Part shown: positions 28,845 through 38,478 of the stretch, one piece after another | How the letters are laid out: each line of letters opens with the position of its first letter | Numbering within the stretch: the stretch's first letter is position 1 | DNA from: an uncultured bacterium | Lineage (GTDB): Bacteria > Bacillota_I > Bacilli_A > RFN20 > CAG-826 | NCBI GenBank assembly: GCA_949291375.1 | Contig: CASEVI010000001.1 | Location: 68,980 to 132,979, forward strand | Reading direction: 5' to 3' | Length of the DNA: 64,000 nucleotides | The notes under the pieces: model-generated | What the model saw: the letters and a program-made list of their open reading frames with translations, nothing else | Database searches by the model: none | Told to the model about the DNA's origin: nothing | Position numbers and translations under genes: made by a program

Positions 28845-29654
28845 CTACTTTAACCCTTCCTTATATGTTTTTACGATTTCTTCAAAATCACTTAAGTAGA
28901 AACCGAAATCTTTTCCAAATCTTGTTAATGCTATTAATCCACCATCAAGTTCATCAATTGAAGCAAGCATTTTAGCATTATCGATTTTTAATCCTCCACC
29001 GTAAACAACATTACAAGGAACTACGCTTTTAATATGTTTAACGATATCTTCAATATATTCTTTATCAGGTGGTGTTTTTCCAGGTCCAATTGCCCACACA
29101 GGTTCATAAGCAATTGTAACTTTTGAAAGATCAACATCTTTTAAACCAACTAATAATTGATTTTTCAATACTTCATATTTATGTACTTGTTCTTCCATTT
29201 TTTCGCCAATGCAATAAAGAACATTCATTCCTAAATCAGCAGCACATTTAACTTCTTTATTTAAAATAAGATTAATGTCATAACTTCCACCATTAAGTGA
29301 AGTTAAATAATTTAAATGATTTCTTTCTTCACAGTGCCCAATTAAGCAATCATTAACCCCAATTGCTTTCATTGATTTAGCGGTTCTAGAAGTTGTAAAT
29401 GCACCAAAATTGCCACCAACACTCACATCTTGATAGTGGACACTTTGACATCCAATATGAATCTTTTTTGCCTCACTTAATGCAGGAAAAAGATTAGATT
29501 CTTGAAAATAAATTGTAATTGGAATGTCTAAATTCATTTTTTCGATGCCTGAAACAATTGTTTTTGCATAACTTTCATTTAAGGCTGTGTCATTGATACC
29601 ACCTAACTCACGAGGAATATCGAATCTTTTTAAGTTTAAATATATATTTTTCAT
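28845..29654 (-). CDS. Triose-phosphate isomerase family protein, divergent
   Basis: NLK (catalytic Lys), IGHCEER, AYEPVWAIG, YGGG. Confidence 0.88.
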   Translation of the reverse strand: MKNIYLNLKRFDIPRELGGINDTALNESYAKTIVSGIEKMNLDIPITIYFQESNLFPALSEAKKIHIGCQSVHYQDVSVGGNFGAFTTSRTAKSMKAIGVNDCLIGHCEERNHLNYLTSLNGGSYDINLILNKEVKCAADLGMNVLYCIGEKMEEQVHKYEVLKNQLLVGLKDVDLSKVTIAYEPVWAIGPGKTPPDKEYIEDIVKHIKSVVPCNVVYGGGLKIDNAKMLASIDELDGGLIALTRFGKDFGFYLSDFEEIVKTYKEGLK

Positions 29655-29784
29655 GTATGAAAGCCCTTACATTTCTTATATTCTAATTTACAACTTTTTT
29701 AAAAACTAGTCATTAAAAAGTAAGACTTACTTTTATTTTAAAAAGTCTTTCATATGGTCACTTTAAACTTTCATTCGAAACAGT

Positions 29785-30402
29785 TTATATATTATTTTCA
29801 CTTACATTTATTAAATAATCACATTTTTTCACAATATCATAATGTGATTGATAGTTTTTTTCTAAAATAATCCATTTAGAAAAAAACATTTCATAATTAG
29901 AAGGGTTCCTTTTCATTATTCTTTCTTTTTGTAATTTTTGATCTTTAAACTTTAAAAATATTGAATAATTAAAATATTTACCTAATAAATTAGTATTCAG
30001 AGAATAACTTCCTTCAACAATTATTATCTTCTTCTTTTTCTTATTTATTTTTTCTTTTTTTTCATTATATTGTTGAGTTTTACAATTAAAAATAGAATAA
30101 GAAAAAGAAGAAATGTCTTTATTAGTTAACTTATCAATTACTTCTTCTTTTAATCTTTTATAGTTTATATTTCCATTAACTAAAGAAGAGATATTATTCA
30201 TATCGATGTAACCTTTATTTTCTAAATAAAAATCATCGATATGAATAATAGCTAATTCATCTTTATATATAGTTTTTAAAGATAGTGCTAGTGTAGATTT
30301 TCCACTAGCACTATCTCCATCTATAGCAATTACTATATTTTCTTTATTTTTTTCTTTTAATAAATCATCTATTTTATTTTTAATTAATTCAATATAGTCC
30401 AT
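29785..30402 (-). CDS. Uridine kinase / nucleoside kinase family P-loop protein
   Basis: IAIDGDSASGKST, IHIDDFY, IIVEGSYS. Confidence 0.8.
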   Translation of the reverse strand: MDYIELIKNKIDDLLKEKNKENIVIAIDGDSASGKSTLALSLKTIYKDELAIIHIDDFYLENKGYIDMNNISSLVNGNINYKRLKEEVIDKLTNKDISSFSYSIFNCKTQQYNEKKEKINKKKKKIIIVEGSYSLNTNLLGKYFNYSIFLKFKDQKLQKERIMKRNPSNYEMFFSKWIILEKNYQSHYDIVKKCDYLINVSENNI

Positions 30403-30425
30403 TTTTTATTATTAAAAGATAGAAA

Positions 30426-31055
30426 TTAATTATTAGTATTATTATTTTCTACATTATCTTCTTTATTATTTAAATGATAAGAAGGGATAAATTTTTGGAT
30501 TAATTTTAATCCATAAAGCAAACGGATAATTGCTGGAATTAAAATAATTTGTAAAATCATTCCTGGCCATGCAGTAACGAAAAAGCCTGTCCAATAAGCA
30601 GCCCATGAATAAGTAGACCCATCAGTTTTTAAAAATGTAAAGATATAAGTAGCAAATCCACCGATAATTCTTCCTATTATCATTGCACTAATAAGCGAAA
30701 TATAAATAGGAACAAGTGAGTCTAACTTTGACATTTTTTTATTTTTAGTTAAAAGCATGAATAATAATCCAGAAATAGCACCATATGTAGCAAGTTCAAA
30801 CATCATTGATAAAGATGTTGGAATAATTGGTGGATTTCCAAAGATTAAAGTTCTAGTAATTGGGGTGATTAAGCCAATAAATGCTCCATAAATTGGACCT
30901 AAAACGAATCCACATAAAAATACTGGTATATGCATTGGTAAAAGCATATTCCCAATTTCTGGAATTTGTCCAGTTATAAAAGGGAAAAGCCATCCTAAAG
31001 CTAAAAACATAGCTGCTAAACAAATTTTATTTATTTGAAGTGCAAATTTTGTCAT
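30426..31055 (-). CDS. ECF transporter S component (substrate unknown)
   Basis: GNMLLPMHIPVFLCGF.LGP.YG, MMFELATYG, PGMILQIILIP. Start moved to ATG 31055 with a GGAGG RBS. Confidence 0.85.
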   Translation of the reverse strand: MTKFALQINKICLAAMFLALGWLFPFITGQIPEIGNMLLPMHIPVFLCGFVLGPIYGAFIGLITPITRTLIFGNPPIIPTSLSMMFELATYGAISGLLFMLLTKNKKMSKLDSLVPIYISLISAMIIGRIIGGFATYIFTFLKTDGSTYSWAAYWTGFFVTAWPGMILQIILIPAIIRLLYGLKLIQKFIPSYHLNNKEDNVENNNTNN

Positions 31056-31528
31056 ACAAGACCCTCCGATAATTACTTTATACTCGTTATTCACTTTCAA
31101 AACAAATATTTAGGCAAATAATTTAAATAAATTTAATAAAATCATTACGTTCGAAAGCAATTTTCTTTTGAAATTAGAAGATTCTTCATTTAACTATTTT
31201 TTGTGCATTTAAATTAAGTAAAGCATGCTATTAAATTGTACCAAATTGTTTTAAAACTAAAAATGTTGGAAAGTAGTAATCCCTTATTTAATTTTTTTAT
31301 TTTTTATATATTTTTAATCATTCATTCTTAAATAAGATTTCTAATTAAAAAATACATAAAAACAAAAGAAAGTTAAGATAGCGAACTACTGATTACACCC
31401 ATCTTTAAAATTTTTGTATTTAATTTTGTATCTTAATAACAAAAAAATTAAAATATATTGTATTTTTACAAAATTTATAAAAGAATAAACAAGAAATTTT
31501 TTATATTTTAATAAAATCAAACGCTAAT

Positions 31529-32023
31529 TTAATCTTTTAAAGAAAGAGATAAATCATAATCGTTTTCATTTATTATATATAAATTATTATAAACTAAAAA
31601 ACCGCTTGGTTTATTATTTTCATATAAATACATATCTTCTATTCTATACACGAGATTATCTATTAATTCGAAGCCGGCTTTTACATTTAATTCCTCAAAA
31701 ATAAAACTACATATATCATCTATATTATTTTTATAAGAGTAAGCATTAAATTTGTATGGGCCTTCAAATTTGCTAATTAAAAATGTCCTATCGAAATAAA
31801 AGTAATGTTCTTCTCTATTTTGGTCTCCACTCGCATAAAGGAGATATCCTAAATCATTACCTCTAATTTCATCAATAATTTTTATTGAACCTAATAAAGC
31901 ACATTCTTTGTTACTTTTTAAAAAATCATCTAAAACTAAATATTCCAAATTTCTTCTTCCGCAAGAGCCAAACAAAATAACACTAACTAAGCTTAAACCA
32001 ATAATTTTAAATAACTTTTTCAT
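31529..32023 (-). CDS. Hypothetical lipoprotein
   Basis: MKK signal with LFGSC lipobox. No recognisable domain. Confidence 0.6.
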   Translation of the reverse strand: MKKLFKIIGLSLVSVILFGSCGRRNLEYLVLDDFLKSNKECALLGSIKIIDEIRGNDLGYLLYASGDQNREEHYFYFDRTFLISKFEGPYKFNAYSYKNNIDDICSFIFEELNVKAGFELIDNLVYRIEDMYLYENNKPSGFLVYNNLYIINENDYDLSLSLKD

Positions 32024-32342
32024 AAATTTTCCTTTAAAACATATAAACTATTGAATAAAACAAAGAAAATAATCCAAAAAATATAAAAACAAAATCGAAT
32101 ATCATTAAACTTATTTTATGCACTTTATCAATTTTTACTTTACTTAAATGCTCAAAAATTAAAGATAAAATACCTGAAAATAGAGGAATATTAATTACAT
32201 TATTAAAATCGTTAACTTATTGTCAAAATAAAAGTTATTTGAAGAAGAAATTAAAACAATGACAATTAAATACGGTAAGTAATAACTTTTACACTTTCAT
32301 GAGGGAGTTTTTTAAAATCTGTCAAAAACGTATAAAAATGGC

Positions 32343-33314
32343 CTAATTTTGATTTTGACTTTCTTCAATCTTTTTCTTCCTTTTAAATTTAAACCAACTT
32401 GAAGGAAGTTGAGAAAAAATTACAGCGATAAACATGATTATCGAACCAAAAATTTCTTCAATAGACATATTTTGGTCAACATCACTAAATTTATAAAATT
32501 GATAAATAATTACTGCGCTTATTGCACTAAAAACGCTTTCTAAAGAAAGAATTAAACTGGCAACTGTTGGATTAACGCCCATTTTTTGTCCAACCATTTG
32601 TAAGGTATAAGCTATTCCACTAGAAACTATTCCAATAAATAAAATTGCAATTATCGATTCTAAATTGATCATATTAATAAAAGCTTGTGGATCAAATCCT
32701 AAAATGAGTCTAATTATAAAAGAAATTATTCCTTGAACTATAAGTTGTCCAAAAGAAAGATAATAAACATTTATTTTTGAAGAATAATGATCAACAAGTA
32801 AAATTTGAATAGCAAAAAATAATGTCCCTACTAAAATAAGTAAATCTCCACTAGAAAAAGAAAACCCACTATTAAAATCAAAAGATAAAAGTAATAAACC
32901 AACTAGAGCAATAAAAATTGAAATATAAACATTTAAACCACATTTTTTATGTAAAAATAAACCAAAAATAGGTACTAATATTATATATAAAGATGTTAAA
33001 AATCCAGTTTTTCCAGCACTTACTGTTTCTAAACCCATCTGTTGAAAAAGAGAAGCTAAACATAAAGCTATTCCACATAATAAAGGTGCAATAATTAAAT
33101 CTTTCTTTTTATATTTTATGTTATTTTTCTTATCTTTTTTTAAGAAAAATAACATAAAAGGAAGTATAGTTAATGCTCCTACTATACTCCTAAGATATAA
33201 AATAGTATAAGCATCCATATATTTAGATGCCATCGATTGAAATATAAAACTTATACCCCATAAAAAGGCTACAAGAAGTAAAACTAAACTACCTTTAAAT
33301 GCATTATTTTTCAC
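32343..33314 (-). CDS. DMT/EamA family transporter
   Basis: LWGISF, FQQMGL..VSAGKTGFLTSLY, GIAYTLQ..GQK..NPTVASLILSLESVF. Two EamA repeats. Confidence 0.92.
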   Translation of the reverse strand: MKNNAFKGSLVLLLVAFLWGISFIFQSMASKYMDAYTILYLRSIVGALTILPFMLFFLKKDKKNNIKYKKKDLIIAPLLCGIALCLASLFQQMGLETVSAGKTGFLTSLYIILVPIFGLFLHKKCGLNVYISIFIALVGLLLLSFDFNSGFSFSSGDLLILVGTLFFAIQILLVDHYSSKINVYYLSFGQLIVQGIISFIIRLILGFDPQAFINMINLESIIAILFIGIVSSGIAYTLQMVGQKMGVNPTVASLILSLESVFSAISAVIIYQFYKFSDVDQNMSIEEIFGSIIMFIAVIFSQLPSSWFKFKRKKKIEESQNQN

Positions 33315-33377
33315 GATTAAAGATTATATTATAAATAAAATTTCATTTAAAGATTGATATTTATACTAGTAAAATAA

Positions 33378-35783
33378 CTATTTATTTTTCTTTTTAGTAA
33401 AAGTCATTAAAAATTTAAATGTATTTTTTATATAGTTTTTATCATTTAATATATCAATAAATAAAGGAACATTGTCTTTATTGATTAATCCATTAGAAAA
33501 ATAAACCATTTGTCTAATTGGAGAATCAAAAACCAATTGTCTAACAAAGCTATCTTCTCGAATAATTTTTACACATAAAAATACATTTTTTAATAATTTT
33601 GCGCCTTTTGAACCATAAGTTAAGGCTAAATCTAAGGAAGAATTAATATCATGAACTATATTTTCTTTATCTATTTTTCTTAAAACTAATGATTTATCTA
33701 ATTCTAAAAATTCATTATCAGAAATATCTTTAACATCACATTTAAAATATTTTTGAGTCTTTAAATAATATGGAGAATCACTATAATCCATTCTTACTCC
33801 ATTTACCTTAACTCTAAATTTTTCGATAACATCAAGTGAATTTTTAGCAATTTCAATATTATATATTCCATCTTGAACTATATATTTTTTAACATTTATA
33901 TCATAATAAGCAAAAGAAGAATAAGGTAAAGTAAGCTCAACATGAGTCGAAGAATTTGCTTTAACTAAAACTTTATCAAATTTTTTTAATTCTCTTTTTG
34001 CATTAAAAACTACATCATTTGGTTTTCCAATGTAAAGTTGAACTACTTCTTTAGCATCTATCGATGAATTATTAACTAAATCAAAAGAAACTTTAATCTC
34101 TTCATTTTCGTTAGCAATTTCTTTATCAATATTAAAGTTTGAATAAGTAATGTTTGAATAAGAAAGGCCATAACCAAATGGGAATAACACTTCATCACTA
34201 TGAGAAGCATAATATCGATAACCTACAAAAATTGATTCTTTATGTGGATTATCAAAACGATTATTAGTTAAATAATTACTCATTACTGAAGAAGATAATT
34301 TTTTAAAGAATGTTTCAGCTAATCTTCCACTAGGATTAGCTTTTCCATATAAAATATTAAGTAAAGCTTCGTTTATCCCTTCTCCTCCATAATAACATTC
34401 AACCAAACCTCGAATATTATCGATAAAAGGAAGTTCAACAACAGACCCATTTTCTAAAACTACAATAATATTTGGATTAACTTTACTAATCTCATTAACA
34501 AGTTCAATTTGAGGAAGAGGTAAAGAAGCATCTTTTCTATCATATCCTTCACTTTCAATTTCATTAGGTAACCCTAAGAAAATAACAACTTTATTTTTAT
34601 TTTTTGCTAAATCTACAGCTTCTTTTATTAAAGGTTTACTATTTTGGATAGATAAAGAGTCATATCCTCTAGCATATTGATAGTGGGTTGAGAATTTTTC
34701 TAATTCTTTAATAAATCCAGGTAATCTATAAGGATTAACTTTTGAAGAACCTAAACCTTGATATCTAACACGATTAATAAATTCACCAACAAAAAGAATT
34801 GTGTCATTATCGTGGAGTGGTAATAATTTTCCATCATTTTTAAGTAAAACAATTGATTCTTCAGCAGCTTTGACACTAAATTCATGATCAGATAGATAAT
34901 CACAAACTTCATTCTCATTATTTTCAATAATTCGATATAAAGAAATACATCTTTCAACTGCTTTATTTATTTCTTCTTCACTTATATTTCCTTTTCTATA
35001 ATCTTCTAAAACTTTAAAATAATTAACATTATTTGAATTAGGCATTTCTAAATCTAAGCCATTTTTAATTGATAATGTTGCATCATTAATTGCTCCCCGA
35101 TCAGAAATACTTATTCCTTTAAACCCCCATTCGTTTCTTAATAATTCAGTTAAAAGATATTTATTTTCACAAGCATATACACCATTTATTAAATTATATG
35201 AAGGCATTATTGAAGCAGGTTCTGCTTCAATAATACATTTTTTAAATGCTTCTAAATATATTTCATGAAGTGCTCTTAAATCTACTACTTCATTAATTCT
35301 TGCTCGATCTTTTTCTTCACTATTTACTGCAAAATGTTTAACACATGCTCCAACATTATTAGATTCAATACCTTTAATATATGAGCTAGCTAATTCACCT
35401 GTTAAATAAGGATCTTCACTAAAATATTCAAAATTTCTTCCACATAGTGGATTTCTTTTAATATTAATTGCTGGTCCTAAAACAATTTGGATATTTTGAT
35501 TTCTTGCTTCTTTTCCAATTCTTCTTCCAATTTCAAATAATAAATTTTTATCAAATGAACATGCTGATAAAGATGCAGTAGGAAAACAAACTGCACTATA
35601 AGAAGAAAATGTTCCTTTTTCATTATTTTCACTTTCTTTTCTTAATCCATGAGGTCCATCACTCATTCGAATACTTTTTAAATTAATTTTTTCTAAAGGA
35701 ATAGTTGTCCAAGAATCTTTTCCTCTTAAAAAAGCTATTTTTTCTTCAATACTTAAATTTTTAATTTCTTCTTTAATATCCAT
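33378..35783 (-). CDS. Glycoside hydrolase family 3 (beta-glucosidase-like) with Fn3 domain
   Basis: MSDGPHGLR, LCGRNFEYFSEDP, VKHFAVN, ESEGYDR, FPFGYGLSY. Confidence 0.95.
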   Translation of the reverse strand: MDIKEEIKNLSIEEKIAFLRGKDSWTTIPLEKINLKSIRMSDGPHGLRKESENNEKGTFSSYSAVCFPTASLSACSFDKNLLFEIGRRIGKEARNQNIQIVLGPAINIKRNPLCGRNFEYFSEDPYLTGELASSYIKGIESNNVGACVKHFAVNSEEKDRARINEVVDLRALHEIYLEAFKKCIIEAEPASIMPSYNLINGVYACENKYLLTELLRNEWGFKGISISDRGAINDATLSIKNGLDLEMPNSNNVNYFKVLEDYRKGNISEEEINKAVERCISLYRIIENNENEVCDYLSDHEFSVKAAEESIVLLKNDGKLLPLHDNDTILFVGEFINRVRYQGLGSSKVNPYRLPGFIKELEKFSTHYQYARGYDSLSIQNSKPLIKEAVDLAKNKNKVVIFLGLPNEIESEGYDRKDASLPLPQIELVNEISKVNPNIIVVLENGSVVELPFIDNIRGLVECYYGGEGINEALLNILYGKANPSGRLAETFFKKLSSSVMSNYLTNNRFDNPHKESIFVGYRYYASHSDEVLFPFGYGLSYSNITYSNFNIDKEIANENEEIKVSFDLVNNSSIDAKEVVQLYIGKPNDVVFNAKRELKKFDKVLVKANSSTHVELTLPYSSFAYYDINVKKYIVQDGIYNIEIAKNSLDVIEKFRVKVNGVRMDYSDSPYYLKTQKYFKCDVKDISDNEFLELDKSLVLRKIDKENIVHDINSSLDLALTYGSKGAKLLKNVFLCVKIIREDSFVRQLVFDSPIRQMVYFSNGLINKDNVPLFIDILNDKNYIKNTFKFLMTFTKKKNK

Positions 35784-35874
35784 AAATTGTTAAACCTCAT
35801 TAATACGCTTTTTATTATATCAAAATATTTATTATTAATTATTTCTTTTATATAATTTTTAAGGGATTTTATAT

Positions 35875-36534
35875 ATGAAGATTATAGATAAAAGGACATT
35901 TAAAAAGATAAATCAATATAATTATTTTAAAACATTTGATGATCCAACATATGGATTTAATGTTAAAGTTGATGTTACTAACTTAGTTAAATATAAAAAT
36001 GAGAAAAAAATTTCATTTTTTATACCATTTTTATATTTAACTACACTTGCAATGAATAGTGTTTATGAATTTCATCTTCGTGAAATAAATAATGAAATAG
36101 TTTATTTCGATACAATTAATCCAACCTATACAGTAATTGGAAATAATGGGGTTTATTATAATACACGTAATGATTTAAGAGATTCATTTAAAGAATTTTA
36201 TGAAGAAACAAGAAAAAATATTGATTTAATTAAGAATAAAACCAATATTGATTTAGTTTATAATGACGAAGATTATGCCGTTTATTATATGACCTGCGTT
36301 CCTACGATTTCTATCTTAGGAATGAATCATCCGACTCCTTCGAAAAATTATACTTCTAGTAGTGTTCCTCGTGTTTTATGGGATAAATATTATTTAGATA
36401 AAAATGATAACCATTATTATTTAACACTGAATATTACTGTTTCACATTGTTTTATCGATGGTTATCCATTAAGTGCCGCATTTATTAAATTAAATGAAAT
36501 GTTAAATAATTTAGATAAATATTTAGATTTATAA
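35875..36534 (+). CDS. CatA-like O-acetyltransferase (chloramphenicol acetyltransferase fold)
   Basis: Size 219 aa, PRVLWDKY, catalytic region VSHCFIDGY (HxxxDG). Confidence 0.8.
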   Translation: MKIIDKRTFKKINQYNYFKTFDDPTYGFNVKVDVTNLVKYKNEKKISFFIPFLYLTTLAMNSVYEFHLREINNEIVYFDTINPTYTVIGNNGVYYNTRNDLRDSFKEFYEETRKNIDLIKNKTNIDLVYNDEDYAVYYMTCVPTISILGMNHPTPSKNYTSSSVPRVLWDKYYLDKNDNHYYLTLNITVSHCFIDGYPLSAAFIKLNEMLNNLDKYLDL

Positions 36535-36543
36535 AAAGTAAGT

Positions 36544-36579
36544 AAAAAGAGCCATATTTAGTAAAAAGTGGCTCTTTTT
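36544..36579. terminator. Intrinsic terminator after the CAT-like gene
   Basis: AAAAAGAGCCA / TGGCTCTTTTT inverted repeat. Confidence 0.75.
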
Positions 36580-36725
36580 ATTATAAAATTGATTAATTTT
36601 TCTTAAAAGTGAATATTATTTCTTATTGAAAGCATTCTTGTCTAGTGAACGTCGACGTAGGTTGCGGGTGGGAATAATTAAATTTATTCCCTTATAATAT
36701 GGCATTTTTTAAAATTTTATTTTAT

Positions 36726-37166
36726 CTATAAAATTGTCACGCTTCCATCGTCTTTTATTTCCAATTTGTCACCCGTTTTAACAGTATCTAAAAATTCTTT
36801 TCCTAATTTATCAATGCAAATAATAGGTGAATTTTGCCACACTTTAGCTAAAACAATTCCACTAGCTGCTAACGAATCTATTTCTTCACTAAAAAGGAAG
36901 GCAGCAGGATTTATACCCATATCACAAACTGTTTGAATTACTAACCCTCCAGTAGTTGAACCAATTGTAATAGGCAAACATAAAATTTTATTAGTAATAT
37001 CAACACCATATAAATCTTTATTATTTTGATCACTAACAATTACTTTTTTCTTTTTCATTAAAGCTGATTTTTGGAAAGAAGCAAGTGTATTAAATCCTTG
37101 ATGAGAAACAGCTGCTTCACCAGTAAAATTACCTTTAGCAATAACTCTTCCTTTAAATGTTTTCAT
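36726..37166 (-). CDS. Aconitase X swivel-domain subunit (DUF126)
   Basis: GEAAVS..GFN, ITNKILCLP..IGSTTG (catalytic Ser region), LASGIVLA, SVTI. Confidence 0.88.
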   Translation of the reverse strand: MKTFKGRVIAKGNFTGEAAVSHQGFNTLASFQKSALMKKKKVIVSDQNNKDLYGVDITNKILCLPITIGSTTGGLVIQTVCDMGINPAAFLFSEEIDSLAASGIVLAKVWQNSPIICIDKLGKEFLDTVKTGDKLEIKDDGSVTIL

Positions 37167-37178
37167 GTCTTCTTCCTC

Positions 37179-38468
37179 CTATTTAGTAATTAAGTCTAAA
37201 ATCTCATCATCTTTAAAATAACGAGCCATTGAATACGTTCTTAATTTATTCGAATTTGTTAAAATCGCTTTACCATGAACAAGCGGATTATTTGTGTACA
37301 TCAAAGGACAGATTGAAGAAAGTCTAACACCATAGTCATAGGCTTCTTTATACAAAGATTCATTTTCTTTAATAAATTTAGCTTTTACTTTTGGAGCGCT
37401 AGTTAAAATTACTTGACCATTTACTTTATTTTTAGAGTGTTCTTTTAATGATTTAACAATATTTTCACACCAAGATTTTAATTGATAGTAAGTTAAATGT
37501 GGGCATCCTATAAATGTTATTTCTGGATTAGCATCTTCCTTTTTCCACATATTTGGATAAGATTTATAAACTCTATCTAATTCAGTGTCATCGATAATAT
37601 ATTTTTTAGCATTAGCAATAACTAAATTTTCACCTTTTTCTTTAGCTTCAGGTGTTAAATTTTCAACATGGAATAAACCAACCGCTCCATTTGAAGCACT
37701 TGCTGCACCCATATCTTTTAAATAAGCTTCGTTTTCATGGTCAAGTTCGCTTCCTATAAATTTATCTAATCCTTTAATATAAGGGACTTCTTCCATTACT
37801 TTCATTCCAATAGCTGAACCTAAAATTTGAGCTTCAGGAACACTGCTTGTTTTAACTTCAACTACCCAAGTGGCTTTTCTATTTTCATCAAGTAATAAAC
37901 CAAATTCAGGTACATATCCAATGATTGAGCCAAATAAATCAAGCATTCCTGAATTTCTATTACAGCGAGCTCCTAAAACTGAGTTTGCAAAAACTACTGC
38001 ACTAGATTCAGCCCATGATAAAATATCTCCTTTTTTAGGTCTGTTGCCACATTCTTCTAAGTAACAAGTACAAGAAAAAGAATCTTTATCAACTAAGCCA
38101 GCTTTTAACATTTGTTCAGTATATTCTTCTTGTTTTCCATATAAAATTTTATTGAAAACAATTTTTTCTAAAAGATTGCACTTAACATTTTCATAATCTA
38201 AAGGTGCTGGATCACATGTAAATCCGCCTTCAGCTTTTAATCCTTCTTTATTAATTTCTTCCATTGTTTTAAATAACGGTCTTAATAATGGAATACCAAA
38301 AGAAGTAACAAGGTGCCCTTCTTCATGTGTTACTGGAATCATTCTCTTTGCACCGAAAATATCACCAAAAAGAACAAGTGTTTCCATCATTTTTCTTAAA
38401 GTATCACCCTTTTTACCTTCTAAAATGTCAATCTGTTCTTGAGTTAACTCCATTTTATAATCAATCAT
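37179..38468 (-). CDS. Aconitase X catalytic subunit (DUF521)
   Basis: SCTCY, WAESSAVVFANSVLGARCNR, GAASASNGAVGLFHV...TPEA, IGCPH, SICP. Confidence 0.92.
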   Translation of the reverse strand: MIDYKMELTQEQIDILEGKKGDTLRKMMETLVLFGDIFGAKRMIPVTHEEGHLVTSFGIPLLRPLFKTMEEINKEGLKAEGGFTCDPAPLDYENVKCNLLEKIVFNKILYGKQEEYTEQMLKAGLVDKDSFSCTCYLEECGNRPKKGDILSWAESSAVVFANSVLGARCNRNSGMLDLFGSIIGYVPEFGLLLDENRKATWVVEVKTSSVPEAQILGSAIGMKVMEEVPYIKGLDKFIGSELDHENEAYLKDMGAASASNGAVGLFHVENLTPEAKEKGENLVIANAKKYIIDDTELDRVYKSYPNMWKKEDANPEITFIGCPHLTYYQLKSWCENIVKSLKEHSKNKVNGQVILTSAPKVKAKFIKENESLYKEAYDYGVRLSSICPLMYTNNPLVHGKAILTNSNKLRTYSMARYFKDDEILDLITK

Positions 38469-38478
38469 AAATTTCTCC

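Noticed and set aside
31056-31528. Riboswitch upstream of the ECF S component
   Set aside because: No conserved riboswitch core or convincing GC-rich helices found. The region is AT-rich spacer.
34751-34957. Same-strand alternative-frame ORFs in GH3 and DegV (55839-56033)
   Set aside because: Out-of-frame within intact genes, with no sign of a frameshift in the main ORFs.
36645-36675. SAM-I or c-di-GMP-II riboswitch from GCAACC on the minus strand
   Set aside because: Only a 6-8 nt match. The other conserved elements and a downstream gene are missing.
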